This document shows, piece by piece, positions 50,366 through 59,139 of a stretch of DNA of 64,000 bases. This DNA is from a virus, in IMG/VR virus record IMGVR_UViG_3300050821_006345, positions 32,001 to 96,000 of that record, one strand, 5' to 3'. The notes beneath the pieces were generated by a model that saw only the letters and a program-made list of their open reading frames with translations, was not told the origin of the DNA and searched no databases. The first letter of the stretch is position 1, and each line of letters opens with the position of its first letter. Made by a program: the position numbers and the translations under genes.

Positions 50366-50607
50366 GAACGCCGGCCGACATGGTTAAATTCACCAAGCAG
50401 TCAGAAAATGATTATCTGATCGTTTTCGAGAACGGCATCTGCCTTGGTCATTTGCTGAAAGAGGTTGACGGCTACTTTGTTTATTATCCAGAGACTCGCG
50501 GCGGATTCATGGAGTCTTGGATTATGCGGATTATCGCAGATAAAATGGATGACCTGAACCGCGATTGGGACGAGACCGCGAGGCGCGAAATCGGAGGCCA
50601 ATCATGA
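50362..50607 (+). CDS. phage hypothetical protein
   Basis: EVDGYFVYYP..IADKMDDLNRDWD. Confidence 0.6.
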   Translation: MRTPADMVKFTKQSENDYLIVFENGICLGHLLKEVDGYFVYYPETRGGFMESWIMRIIADKMDDLNRDWDETARREIGGQS

Positions 50608-51099
50608 GCGAACCCGCCAACAAGAAGCATTTCGTGGTCATCAAGCCGTATCAATACGATGGAGATGTTGCCTTTGGTTTCTGGAACTCATCGTTCAAAG
50701 CCTACGAGCTTGGCGATGGGGATTGTTACACGATTGACCAGCTGAAGGAATCGTGGTCGGATGCCAAGTTTCTTTCGTGGACTGAAATGGAGAACAAATT
50801 CAAGTGACATGGAACAACAGAATCTTCCGCCGCGTGCGGATTGCCGATTAAATGTCCGCAGTGCCGTGCCGTCTCGGTGCAAAATCGGCCCAAACGGAAG
50901 CTGCGAAGGATTCTCGGCCAATAAGGATACTGGAAAGAAGGATGGAGACTAAATGGCCTGTAACGACGCGCTCTGCGATGGCGGCGGAGACAAGCGATGA
51001 ACGTGATCCAGACATTTGAATTTGAAGCGAGAGGCGAGCGCACGGAACAGCCGCCATTCGTCAGCAGCAACTTGTTCCACATCACAACCAAAACACACA

Positions 51100-51489
51100 A
51101 TGAAAAATCCACATATAATCGTAGGCGCTGGACACCGCTGCCTCTGCGGGACATACGGCATACCGGGCGGCACACCAGATAAAGCATATCCGCTCGGCTG
51201 CTCGTCCGTGCTGGACGCGCTCGACAGAATCACTGGCGACGGTGCCAGCATCCTCAAGGCTGTAATCGTGCCGCTCGTAGAAGATAGACCGATGCCGATG
51301 GACGACAATATCGTGCTGGCGGGACACCTCTACGAACAATACTGCCAAGCTGTCGGTGGCTTCGCGTTCAACGGCGACCCGCTGCCGAATTGGGAAACAT
51401 TCCGTGGCGACCCGACAAAACAAAAACAGAGTGACGCATGTGTGGCTGTCGCCTCTTGCGCCTCGAACCGACTGTTGGCGGCGCAGTGA
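51100..51489 (+). CDS. hypothetical protein
   Basis: LYEQYCQAVGGFAFNGDPLPNW motif. Confidence 0.5.
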   Translation: MKNPHIIVGAGHRCLCGTYGIPGGTPDKAYPLGCSSVLDALDRITGDGASILKAVIVPLVEDRPMPMDDNIVLAGHLYEQYCQAVGGFAFNGDPLPNWETFRGDPTKQKQSDACVAVASCASNRLLAAQ

Positions 51490-51704
51490 TGTGGAACTAC
51501 TGCATCGACCTGCCCGATGGCCAAGTTTGTGATGAATGTGGCCAGCGAAAGACGCGCGATATACGATGCAAAGCGGCTATGTTCGGTTATGCTCGATGCT
51601 CGCAGATCGCCGGACATTCTGGCCAGCATTTCTCCATGCACGGCGGAACGCCCCACCGCTGGGATCACAATAAACCAACCACGCCACCATCGACGCCTCC
51701 GTGA
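51489..51704 (+). CDS. zinc-finger family member 7
   Basis: MWNYCIDLPDGQVCDECG plus RC..RCSQIAGHSGQH. Confidence 0.7.
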   Translation: MWNYCIDLPDGQVCDECGQRKTRDIRCKAAMFGYARCSQIAGHSGQHFSMHGGTPHRWDHNKPTTPPSTPP

Positions 51705-51931
51705 CGGCCAAAGAAAACCAAATCATCAAGGATTGCCGACGATGGCTCTGTCGGGCCGTGGTGGTTACTTTCACCGATGAAGACTACGACTGGCGTTATT
51801 TTCGCATCGAGCGGGTTTCCGGCCAGAAGATAGCCTTCACCGGCATGACGGACGCGGATGGAAACAAACACGACGGAGATTTCTTCTGGGTCAAGGCAAG
51901 CGAGATTGAAAGCGTTACACTGAGGGAATGA
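51701..51931 (+). CDS. hypothetical protein
   Basis: Coupled ORF. Confidence 0.5.
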   Translation: MTAKENQIIKDCRRWLCRAVVVTFTDEDYDWRYFRIERVSGQKIAFTGMTDADGNKHDGDFFWVKASEIESVTLRE

Positions 51932-52263
51932 TTTACGTTGACCAACTTCGGATCTGGCCTACCAAAATTCGATGCTTCAAGAAAGGATCGTGCCATCTAT
52001 TTGCGGACACCGAGGAGGAGCTTCACGAATTTGCTGCTGAAATCGGCCTAAAGAAATCCTATTTCCAAAATGGACGGAATCTGGCCCATTACGACCTTAA
52101 TAAATCACGGAGAAAACACGCGCTTGCTCTCGGGGCAAGCGAGCTTGAAGGACGCGAACTGCTGGCCAAATGGAAGGAAATAAGGACTACTTCAATTGCT
52201 GGGCCTGTTGCGAGATGTTTGGTTGAAAATACGGGCCTGCCGGATAACTCCCAAGTCCGTTGA
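51928..52263 (+). CDS. DUF4031-like protein
   Basis: IYVD..CHLFADTEEELHEFAAEIGLK..FQ..HYDL. Confidence 0.8.
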   Translation: MIYVDQLRIWPTKIRCFKKGSCHLFADTEEELHEFAAEIGLKKSYFQNGRNLAHYDLNKSRRKHALALGASELEGRELLAKWKEIRTTSIAGPVARCLVENTGLPDNSQVR

Positions 52264-52573
52264 TGTGATTCCACATAACGGCATCAATCCTTTGCTGGTC
52301 TGAAAATTGGACGTTTCTTAACTGACTATCTGCGTTGAATTGGGTCTCGATCTCGCCCTCCTTGGCCACGCGTTCGGAATGATCCGCCGCCACCGAGGCA
52401 AGCAACGCATCGTATTTCTCCTGAAGCTTCTCAAGGTTGTCAATCTTGTCTTCCAGAGGCTTTAGCCTGCTCTCGGCCACCGCAGCAACCATGCCAAGGA
52501 TGAGAAGAATGACAATGACAAATTGTATCCAGTTTGCGGCAGTCAATGCCTTGGCCTCGCTATTTCCGTTCAT
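52187..52573 (-). CDS. single-TM coiled-coil membrane protein
   Basis: WIQFVIVILLILGMVAAV plus coiled coil. Confidence 0.6.
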   Translation of the reverse strand: MNGNSEAKALTAANWIQFVIVILLILGMVAAVAESRLKPLEDKIDNLEKLQEKYDALLASVAADHSERVAKEGEIETQFNADSQLRNVQFSDQQRIDAVMWNHINGLGSYPAGPYFQPNISQQAQQLK

Positions 52574-52742
52574 GGTTACAATTTCTGCCAGTTCAAGAAA
52601 TAATCAAATATAACATTGCCACGGCTAACGTCCGGCCTGTGAATTGTTTGTAATAATCACATTCAGTCGAAGATCGCTACTTCGTCAATGCAAATTCTCT
52701 TGTGTTTACGGACTGACGTCCTTCATTGAATATCTGGCCAAT

Positions 52743-53915
52743 TTATGCTCCAGTCGAACTTTGCTGATTCGGCACGTCCGTCTCCTGTGACGTAGAGCGG
52801 GCAGCTAAACGCTCGGCCTTCCTTCTAGCCTTGTATGCTCGGTTGTATTCCACCAATGCGGCTCCGGTCGGGCCGTTTCTGCGCTTCACAATTCCAAAAG
52901 CCTCTTCAGGAGTCCAGTTCAAATCTCTAATCCTATTGCAGATTTGTATTAAATCACCTCCGCGAATTGCAATGTGGTTCGCAATCGTGTCTGATTGTCC
53001 GGCAAGCGATATATTGGCCGATTGTGCATAGGAAGCGCATTCATTCAATTTAGCTAATTGCCTCGCCTCGACCTTTTGTTTCCGATAGCTTTTGTTGTAA
53101 TCGCGAGATCTGTGCATCCTTTCCTCCGGCGTTAATCCAGCGTCATTCCAAGCCCTTCTTCCGGGCGGAGGGTCGATGCGTAATGCCTCTTTTAATGTCC
53201 AACCAAGCCGATGAATCCTAGCGTGAACCAAAGGATATTTCTGGTGAAATTCAGATGCTAAACTTTTTAGGGATCGTTTCTCGCCATTCCAATCCACTGC
53301 CTTATCTGTTGGATTTCCTCCGCGAGATGAAAGCGGTGTGGCTACCGCCTGTTCTGGAGTCATTCCGTTCCGGATGCGCTTCCGAACGCACACTGGAGTC
53401 ATTCCATTTTCTTCAGCAACCTCGTTTAATGGCCTTTCCTGTCCTTGAAACGTAATAATTTCAAGCAGTGGATATGTGTGCGGCTCCAGCCCAACGGCCT
53501 GTTCCGGTGTTAAACCGCTTCTTAATTTTGCGCGAATGGTGGTGTGCTGAATCCCATATTCTGCGGCGACATCCATCAGATACCTTCTTTGTCCAAGAAG
53601 CGTGATGTAACTTGAAACACGGCGATTTCTGTTCTGATCGTCAGGAGTCGCCCATCGGCAGTTTTCTGGCGAATAACCAAGGTTATTGTTCTTTCTTTCA
53701 AGAGTCATTCCATCTGGTCTCGGCCACATATCGCGAATAAAATCTACAACGGAAATCCTCCACCTGTCACAAACGGTGATTCCACGGCCTCCGTAATCTG
53801 GATATCCACCATTGCGAGGACTGTAGCACCGGCTAATCATATTAGACCAGATGCCTTTCAACTCGGCGACTTTTACTATTTCACTATCCGACAGCGGTAT
53901 TGTTTCGTTTGGCAT
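52743..53915 (-). CDS. HNH homing endonuclease with tandem HTH repeats
   Basis: WSNMISRC..YGGRGITVCDRW..TLERKNNNLGYSPENCRWAT. Confidence 0.9.
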   Translation of the reverse strand: MPNETIPLSDSEIVKVAELKGIWSNMISRCYSPRNGGYPDYGGRGITVCDRWRISVVDFIRDMWPRPDGMTLERKNNNLGYSPENCRWATPDDQNRNRRVSSYITLLGQRRYLMDVAAEYGIQHTTIRAKLRSGLTPEQAVGLEPHTYPLLEIITFQGQERPLNEVAEENGMTPVCVRKRIRNGMTPEQAVATPLSSRGGNPTDKAVDWNGEKRSLKSLASEFHQKYPLVHARIHRLGWTLKEALRIDPPPGRRAWNDAGLTPEERMHRSRDYNKSYRKQKVEARQLAKLNECASYAQSANISLAGQSDTIANHIAIRGGDLIQICNRIRDLNWTPEEAFGIVKRRNGPTGAALVEYNRAYKARRKAERLAARSTSQETDVPNQQSSTGA

Positions 53916-53976
53916 GACGACACGATACCAGTATAACAAACTATTTCAAGTTAAATCTTCACATGAATATAACAGC

Positions 53977-54011
53977 AAAAAACCCGCTCAAACACAATGT
54001 TTAAGCGGGTT
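53977..54011 (-). terminator. intrinsic terminator after the capsid gene
   Basis: AACCCGCTTAAACA-TTG-TGTTTGAGCGGGTT followed by a T run. Confidence 0.8.
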
Positions 54012-54026
54012 ATGAAATTGCTACTG

Positions 54027-54965
54027 TTACGGCCCTGTCGGATTCAAACGCACGGCGGCAGCACTGTTAGTAGTGTGTATGTCTTCCGACCAGTCAAATT
54101 TGGCAACCTCTGCCCTACCGTCCTCGCGGACATAGCTACCCGGCACCATGAAGTTGTTGATCAGGCGGAACGTCTTCATGAAGCTAGGGTCGCGGCGCGT
54201 TGGATTTTCCTTGCGTGCGAAGATCAGGACGCTGGTGTCGAGCAGGAAGTTCATCGATGCTGCGATGCCTTCGCTGGCCGAGTCGTAAACCATGTAGGAC
54301 ACGCGGGTGTCAGGGTTGCCCAAGAACAGTCCAGAGGCGGTGTCCGGGGTGATGTTCGGGATTGCATTACCACCGGCGGTCACGAAACGTGAACGAACCG
54401 TTGGGTGATTCTTGAAATACATGTAGGCTGTGGCACCGAACAGAACGCCAACGCCCATCAACGAGCCGTATTTGGCGATCTTGATGACCGACAGGATGGC
54501 GTTGTCGATGTCGGAAACTGGGTCGCCTGTTCCGGCGCGAGTCCAGTCAACCGATGAGCCGCCTCCGACCGCAACGAGAGCCGCGTCAATGACGCTCTTT
54601 TCGTGGGCGAGGCCGGCGACTTCGGCGATCAGCGTGGCACCTTCCTGAAGGATGTTCTCCAACAGGTCTCCTTCCAGCTGTTCAAGATTGTCAACTGGAA
54701 AGTCCAGCGCGTGGGGGACGCAGTTGTAGGTCTTGTCCGTCATGTTAAACGAAAGCTCCACGGCACGTCCGCCGAGGCCACGGATGGTCTGGGGGAGGTG
54801 GAAGCGGTTCTTTTCGTCGTATTGCTTGTAGCGGCCAACAGAGGTCGCCACCGGCACGGTTGGCGCGAGGAATTCGGCCACGGGCTGGATTGAGTCCTGC
54901 GCCGCGCCCTGCGCGTATTGCTTCAGCATCGGGCTGCTGGAAATTGATTCGAGTCTTGATCCCAT
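54027..54965 (-). CDS. major capsid protein
   Basis: 312 aa; AEFLAPTVPV..DPVSDID; position after scaffold and decoration genes; terminator follows. Confidence 0.85.
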   Translation of the reverse strand: MGSRLESISSSPMLKQYAQGAAQDSIQPVAEFLAPTVPVATSVGRYKQYDEKNRFHLPQTIRGLGGRAVELSFNMTDKTYNCVPHALDFPVDNLEQLEGDLLENILQEGATLIAEVAGLAHEKSVIDAALVAVGGGSSVDWTRAGTGDPVSDIDNAILSVIKIAKYGSLMGVGVLFGATAYMYFKNHPTVRSRFVTAGGNAIPNITPDTASGLFLGNPDTRVSYMVYDSASEGIAASMNFLLDTSVLIFARKENPTRRDPSFMKTFRLINNFMVPGSYVREDGRAEVAKFDWSEDIHTTNSAAAVRLNPTGP

Positions 54966-55012
54966 AATGTTTGGTTATTTGGTGGTGGTGATGTGTTGGT
55001 TAAATTTGACCG

Positions 55013-55450
55013 TTATTTCTTATACGGCCCAATGGGGCGGATAAGCAGGTATTGGCCTGCGACACCGGCCTCTTCGGTGATTCCGAATACCCAGTTGCCG
55101 GAGGAGGCAGGAACGGCCTGGCCTGATGCATCTGATTGAACCTCGATGCCGCCATTGATGGAGCCGGTTGAAATCACCCTGATTTGCTGGTCGCTTGAAA
55201 GCGGCAGGCAAGTAACGATTTGAAGGTCGTTCGTTGATTCGTTGGTGCTGGCCGAGTCGCCGACATTGGTGCCGCCTTCGAGCAACACATAGTGGGGCTG
55301 TGCGCCAGCGCCGGTGGTGTTCACCGTGGTCGGAGACGTGGATGCGTTGAGTGAAACAAGCGTTCCCTCAAGTCCCGTCAGGTTCGCCGACGGAAGGCGA
55401 ACGATGCGTCCCTTGGTGGTGTTGGATTGAATGAATGAGCTGGCTGCCAT
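55013..55450 (-). CDS. capsid decoration/cement protein
   Basis: VQSDASGQAV..FGITEEAGVAGQY pattern; precedes the capsid gene. Confidence 0.7.
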   Translation of the reverse strand: MAASSFIQSNTTKGRIVRLPSANLTGLEGTLVSLNASTSPTTVNTTGAGAQPHYVLLEGGTNVGDSASTNESTNDLQIVTCLPLSSDQQIRVISTGSINGGIEVQSDASGQAVPASSGNWVFGITEEAGVAGQYLLIRPIGPYKK

Positions 55451-55485
55451 AATTTTGTTTTAGTTATGTTTGGTTGGAGATTGGT

Positions 55486-56091
55486 TTAGTTGACGATCTG
55501 CTGGCCGGCGACCATTTCAGCGCGGGCGTTCAGAAACGCCTGATTCCAGCCCATGCCCTTGTTGGTGGCCTGAATTTCGCGGGCGCGGTTGGAAACCTTC
55601 ACCGAGAATTCCTCGGTTTCGCCGCTGTTCGCGTTCAAAATGGGTTCAGGCTGTGCGGCCTTGCTGGAGTTGTGCAGCGGAGCCTTGCGGGTCGGCTTCG
55701 GGTCAGCCACTGGCGCAGGTGCAGCCGCATTGGTCAGCTTGATGCCCTTCAGGAAGGCAAGACCGACTTCGCGGTTGTTCATCAGCATCGCCTTCACTCC
55801 GGCTTCGTCGCTGATTACATCCTTGAAACTCGCAACGTCGTTGTTCACGAGTGACTCAAGCATGGACTTGTTGGAGTTGGTCAATTTTTCATTGGCCGCA
55901 GTCAACTGCTCAACCTGCTTGGTCGAATTCATCAAATTTTGTTCAGCCGAAATAAGCTGACCATCGGTCAACTCTTTGTAGGCGACCATGCTGGAAGTAA
56001 ACTCGTTTACGGAATTCGCCAAAATTTCGTCTGAAGAACCGGCAGGAACACCCATCAAGGTTTCCAGTGTTTGCTTGTAATCAAGAGCCAT
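55486..56091 (-). CDS. head scaffolding protein (Mu gpZ-like)
   Basis: LMGVPAGSSDE start, coiled coil, C-terminal helix pair; about 10 xxN motifs. Confidence 0.7.
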   Translation of the reverse strand: MALDYKQTLETLMGVPAGSSDEILANSVNEFTSSMVAYKELTDGQLISAEQNLMNSTKQVEQLTAANEKLTNSNKSMLESLVNNDVASFKDVISDEAGVKAMLMNNREVGLAFLKGIKLTNAAAPAPVADPKPTRKAPLHNSSKAAQPEPILNANSGETEEFSVKVSNRAREIQATNKGMGWNQAFLNARAEMVAGQQIVN

Positions 56092-56461
56092 AATTGTTTC
56101 GTAAATTGGTTTGTTGTTGTCTGGTCGCTACTTGCGGTTGCGAAAAATTTACAATGTGTTCTTGGCGTGTCAAAAATGACTTTACACACTAGCTATTTAT
56201 TGGATGGCAGAAATTGGCAGAAACCATTGAGAATAAATGGCGGAATAAGCGTCGATGGAGAAGTCGAGAAACTTTACCAAAAGGTCGGTCTTGGACAAAC
56301 CTCCACTTGCTATTGACTGGTCTGGCATTAGATTTTGGCCAGAAAAGAATTGTGTTAGTCCCACAATGAAACTACCATTACATCGCCGCTCAAGTGCCGC
56401 CGGATGCCGCAAGGCAACTTACCCGTCGGGGACTACACTCTGGGCGGCATTTTGATTATTT

Positions 56462-57423
56462 ATGAAGCAATACACGATTAATGGCAAAACACAGTCACTC
56501 GAAGAATGGTCTGCGGAAACAGGATTAGGAACATTCGCTTTGGCGTATCGAATTAAAAATTGGCCAGAAGAAGATTGGATGCTCCAGCAAAAGAGCCAGT
56601 TTAAGATTGGAAGCAACAATGCTTTAATTGGATTGAGGGTTGGTAAATTAACAATTGAATCTTGCGTTGAGCCTCCCAACAATGTGAATCGTGGAGAGGT
56701 ATTTGGACGTGTCTTTGCGACTGCGGAAACAAGAAGGACATTCATGGTTACAGCCTTACAAAGAAAGTTCCAGTGAGGAGTTGCGGATGCCTTCGGTCAT
56801 ACGACAGGGCTCTTGCCAAAAAGAAATCTTATTCATCTGAATACAAAATCGGCCAGAAGTTTAATGCTTTCACTGTTACAGGATGCGTCGAGCCATCCAA
56901 CGGCAACAACGGTGGCGGTGTGTGGACTTGTGTTTGCGATTGCGGGAAAACAATGGCTAGAACCGGAAGGCAGCTAATTTACGGCAAGGGACATCGCGGA
57001 TGCACCCGGCCAGATTTGTATCGAAGAAGCAATGCTGACGACAAAAGACAGTTAACCATTAGCAATCAATACACACAGCACAAAAAGCGGTGCAAATTGA
57101 AGGGAATTGAACATCTTGATTTTACAGACTGGGAATCTGTTGTTTTCAGGCCGTGCCATTATTGCGGACTGATTGACGAGCGGTCTTACACCAATAAATA
57201 CATACAATCTTACGGCGAAGAAATCATCAATCTCTATAAGGTTAAGATAAACGGTGTGGACAGGCTTGATTCATCCATTGGATACACGCTTTCAAATTGC
57301 GTTCCGTGCTGCTTTTTCTGCAATACCGCAAAATATGCACACGAAGAAAATTACTTCCTGTCTAGGATAAAGCAGATTTATGAATTCAGAAGACTTGGGG
57401 AATTTACACCGACAGCGCCTTGA
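56462..57423 (+). pseudogene. HNH endonuclease split by a frameshift near 56695
   Basis: WTCLCDCGN..RSCGC lies in the second frame; CHYCG..NGVDRLDSSIGYTLSNCVPCC. Confidence 0.8.
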
Positions 57424-59134
57424 CGGGTAGGTTGGGCTTGTTGGTCAGCGCCACAGCCGAGAGTTCCTGTGGGATTAACCTGTCCGGCGTGCCGTCTTGA
57501 AGGCACATCGCCCTAGTAAAAACGGGACTCACAAAGCGGTATGTGCCGGAAGAAACAGCCCTGTCTCCTTCAGGAGTCAGCTTGGCGTGTCCCCACAATC
57601 CTGAAGCATCGTTGCGAAGGGCATCAATCCAGCCAGCGGCAGCCGTGTTCGGCGTGGTGTCTGAAGAATGGTCGAAATCCAAAATTATCATGTGGTTGGG
57701 ATCAACCGCACGTTGTGAATTGAATGCTGCAACCATCTGTGAGTGGCTGGAAGGAGAAAGAACTTGTGTAACGCCTGCGTTGGCATTCTCGTATTCACCA
57801 ACAGGGCTGAGATGCATCCACCCAGAAGGATCTGCCTTGAAAGCACTGTTTGACAGACGCTCTCCTTTTATCTCCACCGCCTTGCCCACAATCCTTTGCG
57901 CGTTGCTCAATTTTGCAGACCCGCTCCAGTCCGCTCCCGATTCCCATTGAAGGGTTTTCGGTGTCTGCACCTTGATGGTCTTGCTCTCTGGGTGATACGA
58001 GACAGTTGGAGGCGTGCGGTCTTTTCCTTCGGCACTGCGGTCGAGCTTTTGGTCAAATTGGGATGTCCGGTTGCCGCTGTGGTCTTCCGAAACGATTGAA
58101 AGATGGTCGGTGGCCGCGTCGTGGTTGACGTGGATTTTGCCCTCCGGCACATTCATTGAACCGTTGCCTTTGCGCGTAATCCACTCTTTATTCACGCCTT
58201 CGCTGGTTCCGCTGTTCACAATGGCCTTCTGCTCATCCGCCTTTTTCAGGTCGGATTTCTGCTCTTCCACCGTCGCCTGCTTTGGGTCGGTCACTGGCTT
58301 GGCCAGAGGAACGTCCTTGTTCATTATCTCGGTGTCTGGAGATGTAATGGGCGCAGGCATTGATGGTGCTTGAGGTGCTGGCATCGCATCATCGTTTAGC
58401 ATAGCATCGTCTGAGGCGTCGATGGGAGACGTAGAGTCGTTCTTTAATTTGGCAGGATTCGGCGCATTGTTGGCCATTACAGGGCTTTTCTTGAACCGCT
58501 CGATGGTCGACGCAAACGCTGGCTTGGCCGCGTTTAAGATTGAAGCTGGAATGAAGTTGGTTATGCGTCCCTGATGGTCGTAGGTTATCTGGCCGATTTT
58601 CGTGGACGAATTTCTGAATGAAGGGTCGCCAGCCTCCTCCGAGTGAAGCCGCGCCCGGCCCATGTGGTAGGCAATGCGTCCCATTGCGTTTGTTTTGCTT
58701 CCAAGCATGGAGTTCATTTCATCGCGATAATGAGTTGCGGCGGCCTTGTGTGCGTATTGTGCGGCAACGTGGTCTTTTGGTTTGCCGGTTTTGAAAGCCT
58801 TTTTAGTCAGTGTTTCTGCATTTTGTCCGGTGGCAAACGCGGACGATTCTTTATGCCTGCCAGAACCCGGCCCTCCGTTCAGCATAACGTCTTCACATTC
58901 TCCGCTGTTTCCAATGGAGGGATACTTCTTGGCCGCTTTTGCGCGGACTATTGCCTTCTCTTCTGGTGTGCCGAATTCAGACACGCGTGAAAGAGCTGCT
59001 CGTGCGTGACTTGGATTTTCGATTGGGTAGCGTCCGCCAGAAAGCGCGAAGTTTTCAGGCTTAATCTTTGAGCGCGCCTTGGCCGTCAGCTTGCCGTTCA
59101 GCATCGCCCACTTGTTGACAAGGTCGGTGAACAT
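57404..59134 (-). CDS. Mu gpI-like prohead protease with long N-terminal tagged extension
   Basis: LDFDHS..AAGWI..GLWG..YRFVSPVF..VALTNKP. Confidence 0.85.
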   Translation of the reverse strand: MFTDLVNKWAMLNGKLTAKARSKIKPENFALSGGRYPIENPSHARAALSRVSEFGTPEEKAIVRAKAAKKYPSIGNSGECEDVMLNGGPGSGRHKESSAFATGQNAETLTKKAFKTGKPKDHVAAQYAHKAAATHYRDEMNSMLGSKTNAMGRIAYHMGRARLHSEEAGDPSFRNSSTKIGQITYDHQGRITNFIPASILNAAKPAFASTIERFKKSPVMANNAPNPAKLKNDSTSPIDASDDAMLNDDAMPAPQAPSMPAPITSPDTEIMNKDVPLAKPVTDPKQATVEEQKSDLKKADEQKAIVNSGTSEGVNKEWITRKGNGSMNVPEGKIHVNHDAATDHLSIVSEDHSGNRTSQFDQKLDRSAEGKDRTPPTVSYHPESKTIKVQTPKTLQWESGADWSGSAKLSNAQRIVGKAVEIKGERLSNSAFKADPSGWMHLSPVGEYENANAGVTQVLSPSSHSQMVAAFNSQRAVDPNHMIILDFDHSSDTTPNTAAAGWIDALRNDASGLWGHAKLTPEGDRAVSSGTYRFVSPVFTRAMCLQDGTPDRLIPQELSAVALTNKPNLPVKALSV

Positions 59135-59139
59135 TGGAG

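Noticed and set aside
50953-51000. MACNDALCDGGGDKR as an eighth zinc-finger family member
   Set aside because: Only 15 codons; resemblance too weak
2917-52720. Shared 13-mer GACGTCAGTCCGT (2917, inverted at 52708) and partial copies at 5593, 9689 and 52621 as an operator
   Set aside because: Dozens of chance 13-mer matches are expected in 64 kb; spacing to promoters is inconsistent
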